Below are positions 14,997 through 29,542 of a stretch of 64,000 nucleotides of DNA, piece after piece. Position 1 is the first letter of the stretch. Each line of letters begins with the position of its first letter. The translations under genes and the position numbers were made by a program. Below the pieces are notes generated by a model, which ran no database searches, was not told the DNA's origin, and worked only from the letters and a program-made list of their open reading frames with translations. Source of the stretch: Eledone cirrhosa (Eukaryota); NCBI GenBank assembly GCA_964016885.1, contig OZ024747.1, positions 46,934,001 to 46,998,000 of the forward strand. Direction: 5' to 3'.

Positions 14997-15121
14997 TATA
15001 TATATATAAATATATACATACATATATATATATATATACATATATATACACATGTATATATATATGTATATATATATACATGTATATATATATGTATATA
15101 TATATACATGTATATATATAC

Positions 15122-15153
<32 letters not shown>

Positions 15154-15188
15154 GTCTATATATATATGTATATATACATATATATAAG

Positions 15189-15234
<46 letters not shown>

Positions 15235-15270
15235 TATGTCTATATATATATATATATGTATATATATAAG

Positions 15271-15329
<59 letters not shown>

Positions 15330-15998
15330 AGAGAGAGAAGGAGTGAGGGGAGGGAGAGCGAGAGAGTGGAGGGGAGTAGATGAGTGTGTGTATGCATGTA
15401 TTTACATGTAAGTACATGTGCTTTCTCTGATACATTGTGAGTAATCTATTTATTAAACAATATATGTATGTGTTCCTCAGTGCATTACATATCAACACAG
15501 TAGGGATTACTATTTCATTGCAGTGCATGAGTTCCCACATTTATATTGTATAGTCGTATAATTAGGATTTTGAAGGGCTCTAGTTTACTTTTTTTCTTTC
15601 GTTGTTTTTTTTTTTTTTTTTGTATCTACTAGTTCTATTATTGTGCTCTTTTATCGGCCCCAGCGGCCAATAAAGAAATCATTATTATGTACTTTTGTAA
15701 CCAATGGAAATTCCACCTAATTCGTGGAATAGAATATAAATATTAACAATAGCTGGTAGTTATAAGTGTTTGTACCATTCATGGAGGGCTGTTCAATGGG
15801 TAGTAGAAAGAGGGATATTACTGTATACAGTGACTTATCATATCTTAAGACTGCTGAACTACGTACAGTGTTCAAATTCGGTCGAAGGATCACACATTCA
15901 TATAAGAAGTTAATAAAAAAGCAGAAGTAAATGGATGTTATTTTCAATAAAAATCCGTGCTTAGTGTACACATATTTTGTACAACGGTACTTTTTCCC

Positions 15999-16038
<40 letters not shown>

Positions 16039-16162
16039 GAAGATGAGTAATATTGTAGAACAATAAAACTATGCATATATCAGATAAGTACCACTCAACA
16101 GTTGGTAGAACTGGAGTATATATTAAAGAAGAAATTAAAAGATGATTAAAAAAGTTCCATAT

Positions 16163-16230
16163 ATTTTATTATGCACATTTCGAAAACAACATCATCCTGG
16201 GACAAAAATTGTGTTCTCATCAGATAAAAT
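16163..16230 (-). ncRNA. Penelope pLTR hammerhead
   Basis: attttat-CTGATGA-gaac...tttc-GAAA-tgtgca-TA-ataaaat. Confidence 0.8.
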
Positions 16231-17095
16231 AAGGTAACATGATATGAGGCCTAAAACCACTTGTCAACAAGAAAGTGTCCAGTCTACATATGACAAAAAT
16301 ATAAGAGTAAGAGAAAAATTAGAAAAATGAAGAAAAGGAAAGAAGAAGGAAAAAGGAAAACGAAATAGAAGAGAGGAAAAAAGGAAAAAAAGGAAAAAAG
16401 AAAGAAGGAAGAGAGAGAAAGAGAAAGAGAGAGAGAGACTTTTGATCATTAACGCTGTCAAAATGAAAACAGCTGTAAATAACGGCTAAAAAATAAATTG
16501 ATGAGGTGTATGTGCGAATATTGGTATTCAAATATTAGAGGTCTAAAATATAGAAACTGGGTATATTATTTTATATTGGGTTTAAATACTAAATCTTGGA
16601 TTAAGAAGTGTAAAACTGTATTAATAAAATAAAATAAAATAAAATTAAATTAGAATAATTATAAAAATGGTTCTTAAAAAAAGGTTTTTAAAAAAAGTTT
16701 TTAAAATAAAATAAAATAAGATAGAATAAAAAAATTAAAATAAGAATATTCTATCTATGTCAAAATTCAAAATTTCTATTAAAAATCTATATATGTGAAG
16801 TATACTATTTAATTATTATTTTATATCAACAAATAAATAAAGGAAATTGGTAGAATGATTTATAAACGTAGAAAAACATATGACGTCATAGTTTGTTTAC
16901 AAAATCTACGAAGGTTTGAACGAAAATTTAAGGCTATAGAGAAAAAGGTGAAAGGCTTAAAATATACTGAGAAAACTGAATTAATACATTGTAGAATATA
17001 ATAAAATGTGTGAAAAAAATGTGAAAAAAAATATGTGTAAAAAAATATATATGTGTAAGAAATTATCTGTTATTCGTGGAATATGTTATAGGACA

Positions 17096-18004
17096 TTAGC
17101 TATATACTTTGTGGAAGGTCTTGAAGGATTTATGATTACAAAGTCGCAATAAATCTGTACGTCTATTTATTATAGAGTTGAAATTCGAGATAATAGTAAA
17201 TTTTTCAACTAGACATAAATTACAAACACTAGATATGGAAGCATTGGAGTATGGAGAAGCGTTGCAGATTTTACGCCAAGAAATTTCGTAATTAATGTTT
17301 TTGTCTTTTAAGGACCAAATAAGTTCTGAGAGTGCGGTGTTGGTCCTTTTAAGTGGATATTTAAATGTAGAAAAATGATTATAGAGTCTTGCTTTAAAAG
17401 AGGTAGAAGTAGAGCCAATGTAGGTATAGGTATTGGTACTAGTTACCACTTTACATTCGTATACTAGGGTTTTATCGAGACAGAAATTACTAAGAGGACA
17501 ATTAGTTTTAATAGGACAGTTGCATTTAAGATTAAGATTATTAACAGAGTTATTTGCAAGTGGCCCAGGATTAATTATATTAGGAACTGAAGTGGTGGAA
17601 TTAGCTAAAGGAGGTGCTAAAGTCTCCAGATTTACATTACTATTTGAAGCATTCCTCAAAGTTACATTTGACGTCGTATTTATACTTGTGTTATTTTGCC
17701 TAGAGTTTACATTGACGTCGGGCCTTAGAGTATTATTATTATGACACTCATGGTTGGATGCAAATGAGTTATTATTTACCATTTTTGAATTATGTCTTGA
17801 GATAATTTTAGAAATATTGGAAGTAGTGAAATATGAGAATTTAATGGTATGCTTATTGAAAATCTTACTATATATATGTGAAAGGGGGAAGATGTTATCT
17901 AAAGCCCTAAAAAATAATTTAGGGATATAATTAATAACTGAAATTTCTGATATTATTAATAACTGAAATTTCGTTTTCCTTTTTCCTTCTTTCCTTTTCT
18001 TCAT
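17096..18004 (-). pseudogene. Penelope-like RT C-terminus + Asn-rich linker + GIY-YIG endonuclease (open but 5'-truncated)
   Basis: SKIFNKHTIKFSY; CNCPIKTNCPLSNFC; LVY...YIGST..FKARLYNH; LSELIWSLK; CNLCLVEK; INRRTDL...CNH. The N-terminal residues come from the inverted pLTR and junction. Confidence 0.88.
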
Positions 18005-18100
18005 TTTTCCTATTTTTCTCTAACTCTTGAATTTTTGTCATATGTAGACTGGACACTTTCTTGTTGACAAGTGTTTTTAGGCCTCATATCATGTTACCTC

Positions 18101-18168
18101 ATTTTATCTGATGAGAACACAATTTTTGTCCCAGTATGATGTTGTTTTCGAAATGCGCATAATAAAAT
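18101..18168 (+). ncRNA. Penelope pLTR hammerhead (inverted arm)
   Basis: attttat-CTGATGA...GAAA-tgcgca-TA-ataaaat. Confidence 0.82.
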
Positions 18169-18202
18169 ATATAGAACTTTTTTAACCATCTTTTAATTTC
18201 TT

Positions 18203-18251
<49 letters not shown>

Positions 18252-18253
<2 letters not shown>

Positions 18254-18510
18254 CGTTGCTATCCTTCTATGTTTGTTTACTTGTCTCGCTCGCTTTACGC
18301 GATTTACTTGTCCCAATAGCTTTATTTAGCTATTGCTCGCACCAACCGGAGGTATATAATTTTTAAAGCGATTAAATACCAATGAAGGTTGGAAAATCAC
18401 TGATGAAGGACTATTTTTATCATATGCAACCACGCAGTATTCTTTCTTCTCATGTTTTATATATATATCATATGCAACCCATGTGCAACCACGCAGTATT
18501 CTTTCTTCTC

Positions 18511-18520
<10 letters not shown>
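18252..18520 (+). mobile_element. Family B module (structured, CTGATGA-containing), degenerate copy
   Basis: Homologous to 30020-30210. Confidence 0.6.
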
Positions 18521-18577
<57 letters not shown>

Positions 18578-18581
<4 letters not shown>

Positions 18582-18812
18582 GTTTCTACTTTTGGCACAA
18601 GTCCAGCAATTATCCCAGTGTATTACTGCTACTTTATTTTATCGACCCGTAAGGATGAAAGGCAAAGTTAACCTCGGCGGGATTTGAACTCAGACCATAA
18701 AGGGCCGTAACTCTTTGCTGCAAAGCATGGTGTCCGACCTTCTACCGATACTGCCAATCCACCGCCCTAGCATGGTGTCCGACCTGCTAACGATACTGAC
18801 AATCCACCGCCC
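18578..18812 (-). mobile_element. S1 SINE with duplicated 5' head
   Basis: Full S1 at 18578-18767 followed by a second head copy at 18769-18812. Confidence 0.88.
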
Positions 18813-18907
18813 ATAATGGAATTATGTTACGTGCACACGTGCTTGTAAAATATTCAACTAATACCATGTTAATTGATGAGTTCAACGATCTGTTAGACGA
18901 GCAAATA

Positions 18908-19095
18908 AATAATTGTTTCTACTTTTGGCACAAGGCCAGCAAATTCCCCAGTGCATTACTGGTACTTTATTTTATCGACCCCGTAAGGATGAAAGGCAAA
19001 GTTAACCTCGGCGGAATTTGAACTCAGAATAGCAAGGGCCGTAACTCTATGCGTCAAAGCATGGCGTCCGACCCTCTACCGATACTGCCAATTCA
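18908..19095 (-). mobile_element. S1 SINE with 17-bp TSD
   Basis: acgagcaaataaataat at 18897-18913 and 19113-19129. Confidence 0.9.
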
Positions 19096-19436
19096 TACCC
19101 CACCCCCCACCCACGAGCAAATAAATAATCACTGTTAAAACTATTTCTGTTAATTCCATTTCACTGACTAGTCATAATTCAACGATGTTATATGAGATTA
19201 CACTTGTGAAAGATGACATGCAATGCGATTCCATCTGTGATCTCATGATTGCGAAGTGAACACCTTAACCATTCGGCTTTGTGGGTCGACGATATTCCAC
19301 TGTGTGAAACTTGTATTGAAAGTAACTGTCATTTAACGACATAAATATAAAAATCTCCTTTTTCTCTGTGTATTAAGGACTGTATGAAGTAAAGTTTGCA
19401 ACGTATATTGGCCGGTATATCTGTCAGCGCTACACG

Positions 19437-19532
<96 letters not shown>

Positions 19533-19871
19533 TAAATAATCGAGAATCAGAATCTCGGCCCACGAAATAATGATAAACAATCTTCGACATGTGTGGCAGA
19601 GGGCTTAATAGTTTGGATGAACCAGAGCTATAACTATCGTTAAAATACCAACACATAGAGACGATGCCTAGATCATTCGCACAGCCGAAAAAAACCGACC
19701 AGGAAAATTCGGGTCACTCAATCAATAAATTAATAAATTAATAAATTAAATGAATGTAAGTAATAAACAACATGAGGCAATTATTTATACAATTGTTTAT
19801 TACAAAAGTATTAAGCTCTGTTACCTGCATAGAGCACTCCTGGACTTTTCCGACGGAATTACTTCATTTAT

Positions 19872-19902
<31 letters not shown>

Positions 19903-20436
19903 CGCAAGGTGTGAGTGCGCGTTTGTGTATGTATATACATGTGTGCATGTGTGTATGTATGTTATATATCTGTGTGTAGATATAATACACATTTACCTCA
20001 TAGCATATTGTGATTTGTGAGAAATATCTTGAGAATTTATAGAACTCTCCATCACATAATATTTCTTCTTACTTGTGTACGTTTATGGCGTGCATTTTAC
20101 AGCAAAACAGTGCAAAGATGTCAACATGATAGAACAAAAATATAATACATCTGAAATGATATTCTGAAAGATATAAAAAAAATCAACCAAAAAATTGGAG
20201 AGATCATTTCCTGTCGTGTTCTTTTCAGCACTGATCCGTGGGAACACGACATGGCTAGTTGTTCTTTAACTTGTGCCACCACGTTCAGAAACGATGGAAT
20301 TGAGTAAAACTGGAAGTGACTCTCATGAAAGTTACAGAAACACATTGTCATAAACGCAGAAACACATGCCAATACACATAAAAAAACACACACACATACA
20401 CACACACACATATATATGTGTGTGTGTGTGTGTGTG

Positions 20437-20511
<75 letters not shown>

Positions 20512-20542
20512 GTGTGTGTGTGCGTATATATATATATGTACA

Positions 20543-20579
<37 letters not shown>

Positions 20580-20582
20580 ATA

Positions 20583-20614
<32 letters not shown>

Positions 20615-20966
20615 CGTGTACGTGTGTGTGTGTATATATATATGTATATATATGTATATACATATATATATATGTGTGTGTATGTATGTATATATATGCA
20701 ACTATGTGGGTTGTGTATGAGTGTGTATGTATGTATGTATGTATGTAAGGATGTATGTATCCATGTATGTATACGGATATGTGTGTACGCATCGCCGTGT
20801 TCTTGTACTTTCCTTTTCCTTAACTTTTTGTTCATTTTTTTCATTTACTTTCCAATGTTTTATGAAGAAATTTGATTGAATCTCTTCAGTGTGAACTTTG
20901 AATAACAGCGAACGAATGACACACAGACACACACACACACATGCGCGCGCGCGCACAAACACACAC

Positions 20967-21035
<69 letters not shown>

Positions 21036-21123
21036 TGTAAAAGGTAAACAGAAATAACAACACAGTCGGTACAGTATATAGAAGGGATATATTAGGTTAA
21101 CGCTTGATATAACAGGAAGAGGG

Positions 21124-21159
21124 TCTCAACGTTTCGGACGCTAGTCCTTCATCAGAAGA
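21124..21159 (-). ncRNA. Minimal hammerhead (family C module 21036-21185)
   Basis: tctt-CTGATGA-a ggac tagc gtcc-GAAA-cg-TT-gaga; second copy at 24439-24474 with CTGATAA. Confidence 0.75.
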
Positions 21160-21236
21160 AAGAATGAGAAATAAAATAGATTGAGTAATGGTCTAAATAG
21201 TTTAAAACTGGTCTTATCCTAATATATATATATTCG

Positions 21237-21428
21237 TGGATTGGCAGTATCGGTAGAGCGTCGGACGCCATGCTTTGACGCATAGAATTAAATCCCTTGC
21301 CATTCTAAGTTCAAATCCCGTCGAGGTTAACTTTGCCTATCATCCTTACGGGGGTCGATAAAATAAAGTAGCAGTAATACGCTGGGATAATTGCTGGCCT
21401 TGTGCCAAAAGTAGAAACAATTATTATT
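21237..21428 (+). mobile_element. S1 SINE
   Basis: A/B boxes, conserved core, (ATT)n tail. Confidence 0.88.
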
Positions 21429-21445
21429 AAGGTTGAAAGGTGAGT

Positions 21446-21490
21446 CTTGTTACACTGGAGTTCGCCTGCTTATCACAGGCTCATCAGGCG
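21446..21490 (-). ncRNA. Hammerhead spanning a fold-back junction
   Basis: CTGATGA-gcctg tgataag caggc-GAA-ctccagtg-TA; the inverted arm reads caggc-GAAA-ctctagag-TA-accag. Confidence 0.6.
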
Positions 21491-22077
21491 AAACTCTAGA
21501 GTAACCAGACTCAACCTTAATAAAAATGAATATGAAAACTCTACTTAGGTATTGAGTACTCTTTCTCTCAGTCGTCAACCACATACAGATATATATATAT
21601 ATATATTTAAACATACACGTATGTATATATATACACACACACATATATATGTATAGATATAAATATATACTTTATATATGTGTGTGGGTGTGTGTGTGTG
21701 GGTGTGTATTATGTATATGTGAGTTCGGAGAGAGAGAAAGACTGTGTATTTGTGAGATCGTGTGTGTGAGTGTGTGTATATGTGTGTGTTTTTATTGTTG
21801 ATTTATATTTGACGTCACTATCGTAAATATATATGTGTGTTTTGACATACGTCACCCAGATTTCTCGACATTGTAAAAGCCAAACCAAATTTACAGAGAT
21901 ATTCCTTCTCTAAACTTTGGTATTGTTTATTAGTAAACAAAGCGTCAACATTTTGTTTCCAGCCTTACGATCGACTTAACTTCAATCATTTTTAGAATTT
22001 AGTTCTTACTAAATAAAGTACTGAAAATGAATCTCTTATCAGTTGCTAGTGTCTAATTGTATTTCTAAATCTGACAA

Positions 22078-22151
<74 letters not shown>

Positions 22152-22193
22152 ATGGAATTGAGATGTTTTTATTTCGATTCATATAATACCTTT

Positions 22194-22234
<41 letters not shown>

Positions 22235-22281
22235 ATGGAATTGAGATGTTTTTATTTCGATTCATATAATACCTTTTATAA

Positions 22282-22338
<57 letters not shown>

Positions 22339-22339
<1 letters not shown>

Positions 22340-22530
22340 CGAATAAGGAAAAGCGAAGTAGTTTCAGATGTTCAAGTCCTTTAATAATAATGCTGTGATA
22401 TATATTTCAGTGACGACACTGGCCACACTGTTCTGTGTGCGAGTGTCGTGTCATCATCAGACAGCGTGTTACATAATAAGGTTATGTTTCCGAGGCAATC
22501 CAAATTGGATCGACATGGGAACGGATGAAT
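22339..22530 (-). mobile_element. Family D pLTR fragment with intact HHR (22392-22465)
   Basis: Reverse complement of 52515-52724; gctgt-CTGATGA-tgac...gtcact-GAAA-tatata-TC-acagc. Confidence 0.8.
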
Positions 22531-22544
22531 TGCGTGTTTTGGGG

Positions 22545-22575
<31 letters not shown>

Positions 22576-22576
22576 G

Positions 22577-22760
22577 CATACCAGTCTCCCCGCTCCAGGC
22601 TATAGGTGTCACCCAAATGAAAGGAAACAAAACGATAGAGCTTAGCACCAGTGATGTCAGAACTCCTTTATACAGCTGAGTGAATTTGGGTAGGCCGAAG
22701 TGTGTCTTGCTCAGAAGCATAGGGAATGACCCAGTCCGAGAATCTAACTCACAAATGATC
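22577..22760 (-). mobile_element. Degenerate S2 SINE
   Basis: tacagctgagtgaa...gtgtcttgctca...gagaatctaactcac. Confidence 0.5.
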
Positions 22761-23415
22761 AGTATAACAGTCTGCTGATCGGAATATTCAGATCTACCGA
22801 TGAGTTAAACCATCCGACATAAATGGCTTATATATATATGTATATACATACACCGATTCCTTTAAGATTTGTACACTAAGTCATATATGTTTCATTGGTA
22901 AAGTTTAATGATACCATCATATATCCAATATATTCACCAGCCTCATTTCACATAGTAACTATATTATCCATAAATTTTGATCAACTGCACTTCTTGAAGT
23001 TATTTCCCTTGCTCGTCATTCATTGATTTTAAAAAAGACAAAATTTTATCTAAGATTGTCAGCTCACTATATCATTTAAGTGCGGGGCTATACAAAAACC
23101 TGTTTCTCAAGTACGACTCAGATGATGGAGACCCAAGAAGGACCTTATTACTAAAGAGGAAATATTCAAATATTAATGTTAATTTCCATTCATTTAGTAG
23201 TGAATCACTGCTTTCCCCCTTAACTTGATCTGCTGAAAGTCTGTGGTTTTATATATGTTGGTATATATATATTATTCTTATCGAGCCCTCTTCGGAATTT
23301 AGTCTTCACATTTATTATTATTACTATGAATATATATATATATATGAATATATATATATATATATATATATAAGTATCTGTGTGTGTGTGCGCGCGCGCG
23401 CACGTCTGCATATAC

Positions 23416-23521
<106 letters not shown>

Positions 23522-24072
23522 TCATTTGCCACCACACCAGATCTGTATGACATATTTAGAAATTACTGCATGTATTTTTTTTATTGTTTGTATATTTTTT
23601 TGGAAGAGTCTTTATTACTTTCCTACTCTCCAAGGGTGGAAACAGACATGGTGCATAATATTGGCATTAAATTCCTTGGCCATAACTTTAAGCAATTCCC
23701 AAATCAGTACTAGTGATATATTATCAAAAGCACCAAAACTTCTATGTCATATACAAATAATTATTGATCCTAACATTAGTCTTAACGTATGTTCTATTTT
23801 TCTTAGTGTTACAGGTCACTTCACAAACCTATATATTTGCCCCTTTCTCTGTGTAGCATTCGTTTTCATTTTGGACGTCTCACTCACTTCTGGTCATCAA
23901 ATGCAACTCTTTCAGATAATTTTTCTTTTTAAATTATGTATTTTTCTTATATCCCTAATGACTATAGTTTCTTTTCTATTACTTTTCTTATTCATAAGAA
24001 TAACATTGCGCAGACATAATTATAAACAAACAAACATACATACATACATACATACATACATACATACATACA

Positions 24073-24104
<32 letters not shown>

Positions 24105-24231
24105 GACATACATACATACATACATACATACATACATACATACATACATACAGGCATACATACATACATACATACATACATACATACATACATACAGGCA
24201 TACATACTTACGTATATGCATGCAAACATAA

Positions 24232-24324
<93 letters not shown>

Positions 24325-24350
24325 CGTGCGCGTGTGTGCGCGTGTGTGTA

Positions 24351-24500
24351 TGTAAAAGGTAAACAGAAATAACAACACAATCGGTACAGTATATAGAAGG
24401 GATATATAAGGTTAACGCTTGAAATAGCAGGAAGAGGGTCTTAACGTTTCGGACGCTAGTCCTTTATCAGAAGAAAGAATGAGAAATAAGATAGATTGAG
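24351..24500 (-). mobile_element. Family C module, copy 2
   Basis: Near-identical to 21036-21185. Confidence 0.8.
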
Positions 24501-24941
24501 GGGACAGGCGGGTTTGAATTGGAAAACATGTCTTTAGATAAAAATAACAGGTCCATTCATGTTTCTGCAAGATTCTTGATGTAAAAGCATATGTTGAAAC
24601 ATATATTATTATATTTATATTTGGGGATAGTCATTTTGCCAATATTGCCAAACCGTTAGTCTTTGAGAAGATCACAGAATGTGTGACGAAAGATCTTTGA
24701 AAAACGAATGAATAACGAGCAATAAAGATAAATATAAAGTGAGAACTATACGGAGCGTGTTTTTCTTTCTATTGGCAATATTGGCAATATTGTTGATAGT
24801 GTTCGTGTTTGTGTTGTTCATGTTTTGGAGTAAGGTTGTTCCACTGAAGTTTATTCGTTCGCAGAGGGTGGCATTTCTATTTGTTTCTTAGATGTACATT
24901 TGTTTTTGTTGCCGTTGTTATGCAGGCAGATATTATTATGG

Positions 24942-25383
24942 ATCCCGCCAAGATTAACTTTGCCTTTCATCCTTACGGGGTCGATAAAATAAATTACCAG
25001 TAATACACTGAGTAATTGCTGGCCTTGTGCCTAAAGTAGAAACAATTATTATGGAGGCTGTTGATGATGATCTTGTCCCTGATAGTTTTGCTGCTGATAC
25101 AAAACGTTTTGCCGAATGCCGATAACTCTTTGGAATTTCGTACTACCACAGGTATAACACATGATCTCTGCTCTCCACCACAATACTGTTCAACGGTGGA
25201 TTGGCAGTATCGGTAGAGGGTCGGACGCCATGCTTTTCAGCACAGTTACGTCCCTTTACGGACTGAGTTCAAATCGCGCCGAGGTTCACTTTGCCTTTCA
25301 TCCTTACGGGGTCGATAAAATAAAGTACCAGTAATACACTGGGATAATTGCTGGCCTTGTGCCAAAAGTAGAAACAATTATTA
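24942..25383 (+). mobile_element. Two S1 SINEs (24942-25050 5'-truncated; 25195-25383 near full length)
   Basis: Conserved core and tail. Confidence 0.88.
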
Positions 25384-26616
25384 TAAGCCCTAATTCCTGG
25401 GAGAGGTTTATCTTGCGTTGATATCCTCTTCCCCAAATATGCTACCCCAAATTTCTGACGATATTGTATTTGTTTATTGTAGGATGCACAATGCTGGGTG
25501 TCACATTAGATTTGCGCCGCCCATATATGAAGACAGTAATAAATAATTCCCGGAGGAAAATGTTTGTCTATTTTTCGAGGCTTCGTGTCTGACAAATATG
25601 CTCTCCTTTTCTCTCTCTCTCTTTCTCTCTCTTCCTCCCTATAAATATATATGTGTGTGTGTATGTGTGTGCGCATGTGTGTGTGTGTTCATGCCAGTAG
25701 GACCGTCAAACGCACAAATGCGAACGCAGACACACACAGAACAAACGTAAAGCAATCATCGAATGCTCTATACCTAAATAATTCACTCAGAAAACAAAGC
25801 CAACAATAAACAAAACATCTACTTTATAAGACCATCAGATTCCAAAGTCGTAAAGAATACATCCGTAAAAACAAAGCCAATCATAAACCAAATGCCTGTA
25901 TTAGAACTAAGATGTCTCCCATAATCCCTACCTAAGATTTCATCCATATAACCCAAACCTTAACCCACTCCAAATATGAGTATGGGGAACACGGACTTTT
26001 TCAAGCAGCAGCCGTCAAATTATTCAGTGTAATGACTACAACCCGGTTACAAAATAGGTGCTGCTCCACACTTTCTGACATACCTTCACCTTAAACCCTC
26101 AAACTGTCCACCAAATTGACGTGGTGTCACGCATCGGGAGACCCAAGTTTCACAACTTAACATAAAAAAGCAAATCAATAGTCAAGAAAAAATACTAAGC
26201 TATTAAGGAAATGAGTGAAACGATTACAAGAAGTCTAGTTCCTAGTCCATAACCTAAAAAACAAAATAAGAATAAAGTAAATACCCAATTTATTAAGGCA
26301 TAAGTGAAATCAATCCATGATGAAAAATATAAATATGATATTAGAAAATACTATAACAATGATGTATATCTTACTTCAGAGATGTGGTAGTTGTGAGGTG
26401 TAAGTTGTATCAGTTTCTTTTCTATTTTTCGAACAAGTTTAAGAGGTTATTGTCTGTTAGGTTATTGCCTGTTCGTTGAGGAGAGAAACAGCAGCTAGTG
26501 ATTCGGTTACATATAAAGATATAATTGCATAGTCCCTCATTACAATATTCAATTATATAAATACCTTATCTTCATTGTTGTTGGTATTAATATAGTTTCC
26601 TTCTAATTATCATGAA

Positions 26617-26664
<48 letters not shown>

Positions 26665-26753
26665 AAAAATTATTAATAAATCTGCTGTTGCAACAGGTAT
26701 ATCTTAAGAACAGGTGCATATGTCGAAGAAGTACAATGGTGATAATGAGAATA

Positions 26754-26792
<39 letters not shown>

Positions 26793-27061
26793 ACGATTAC
26801 AAAGAAGAAGACTGACAATAACAAGAATAGCAAGATTACAATAGCAAAAGCGACAAAACAACCACAGCGGGAATGAGAACACTGCAGCAGAGAAAAGATA
26901 AGACACAAAAATAAAACGTAACACAGCATACACTATGTAAGCCGTTATGACATCTGACAGGTGATATTGTGGCTAGCTGCTGGGATATTTTTAAGTGAAC
27001 AATAATTAAAGATAAGAAAAATATGAACGCTTAAGAAAAAATAAAACCAAAGTATGAATTA

Positions 27062-27198
<137 letters not shown>

Positions 27199-27260
27199 AA
27201 TTCGGCGAGAATCGTATTTCGGCTGGTAGTAAAAGCGAAACGAGACGCAAAGTCGTAGAA

Positions 27261-27362
<102 letters not shown>

Positions 27363-27374
27363 ATATATATGTAC

Positions 27375-27407
<33 letters not shown>

Positions 27408-27456
27408 TATATGAAAAAGTATGACCCCGACGGCAGAGCTCAAGCCGTTTAGACGG

Positions 27457-27493
<37 letters not shown>

Positions 27494-27528
27494 TACATAT
27501 ACATATATGCATATATACATATACATAC

Positions 27529-27680
<152 letters not shown>

Positions 27681-27702
27681 TTGGTAATTCATACTTTGGT
27701 TT

Positions 27703-27773
<71 letters not shown>

Positions 27774-27776
27774 GTG

Positions 27777-27810
<34 letters not shown>

Positions 27811-28085
27811 TATAAACATATACGACATGAATCTTGCAGTCGGTGTGTAGTAAAGGTGTAACTTTGTAAAATGTAGGATCATTGGTCTTGTTATGTAGTA
27901 AGGAATAAAAAAGATATAAGCAAAAGAGCCCCGCGGAAGTCTCTGTAGTTTTAATATGTAGATATATTGTTTCGTTCGCAGGATTGTTGTATATGTATGA
28001 AGTGTTAGTACCTTTGTGACTTGTATGAATAATGCGAAATAGTAGTAAACACATTAGCATGGCAATAATGATAGTATATATACAT

Positions 28086-28168
<83 letters not shown>

Positions 28169-28173
28169 CATAC

Positions 28174-28224
<51 letters not shown>

Positions 28225-28273
28225 TATGTATGCAGGACGCAAATAAGAAAGTTATGAAAATTGACTTACTTAC

Positions 28274-28318
<45 letters not shown>

Positions 28319-28370
28319 ATATATATATGTACAAATATATATTTATATATATATATATATATATACATAT

Positions 28371-28454
<84 letters not shown>

Positions 28455-28460
28455 ATATAT

Positions 28461-28507
<47 letters not shown>

Positions 28508-28638
28508 ATATATATATATATAAATAAATATTTCTATATAACGAAAGCAAACATACATTCATGATAATAACAAATAGTCTACCTCTGGCTCTGCATTCTA
28601 TCTCACACATACGCAACGCATATGCATACATTTCGTGC

Positions 28639-28765
<127 letters not shown>

Positions 28766-28775
28766 TGTGTGTGTG

Positions 28776-28815
<40 letters not shown>

Positions 28816-29119
28816 CCCGTGTGTGCGAGTGTGTGTATACGTTTATATAGATGAACGTATTGTAATACGATCAAGTTGGAAGAAATATTCCACAATTATA
28901 GAACATAACGTATCAGTGAATATTTCAGCAAAGAGCGCATATAAATACAATAAATCTGTTTCGGATGGCTGATATAATACAAGCCGGATATAAAGTCTTT
29001 TACTTTCGACTTCTTAAGATTGACTCTTTTAAAGTACAGCCGTACATCTGTCTGGCTAAATTAAAATTCCAAGCAGTATACATGGTCTAAATATCTTCAT
29101 CTTTCCTCGCCCAATTATT

Positions 29120-29460
29120 GCTGAGAGGGTCGTGGGGGAAGAGTTCTCAAAATTCTCCTTCCAGCGGGCCATGTGAGAAGCAACCGTTTCCAATTAATTC
29201 GGCTGCTTACCCAAGCGAGACAAGAAAGCTCATGGATGTTATCTCCCCATCTTGCTCAGGGTCTACTGTAATCTCTCAATTCGTAGAAGTAGCGGCTCTA
29301 CATAGAGTGACTCTCTGATCTCCGAGCTACGCACTCTATCGTGTAACGTTACACTTTCGGAGGAACCCCTTTCGACCGTTTGTATTCTTTCGGTGATTAC
29401 CCAAGACCATAGGTAAGGGTTGGAAAGAATACTGAAGCTGGCGTATGACTGCAGCATCTT
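29120..29460 (-). mobile_element. Decayed RTE-clade (Expander/Rex3-like) LINE 3' fragment
   Basis: WVITERIQ...TLHDRVRSSEIRESLYVEPLLLRIERLQ. Confidence 0.75.
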
Positions 29461-29542
29461 CTTCAGTTCTTGAACTTAATTCTGCCCCACTATAAATATA
29501 ATAAAAAATAATATATATATTGTGTATATATATATATATATA

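Larger units (their letters stand above)
16036..18205 (-). mobile_element. 5'-truncated Penelope-like element with 3' pLTR and inverted 5' pLTR, in (TA)n
   Basis: GIY-YIG ORF; 16126-16366 is inverted at 17967-18205; HHR in each pLTR. Confidence 0.9.

Noticed and set aside
22142-22282. ~58-bp direct duplication inside (TA)n
   Set aside because: Most simply microsatellite-mediated slippage; no other features
25750-26330. Possible decayed Penelope endonuclease (also 41500-41830 and 45250-45630)
   Set aside because: Only faint motif resemblance with many stops; not supportable by eye
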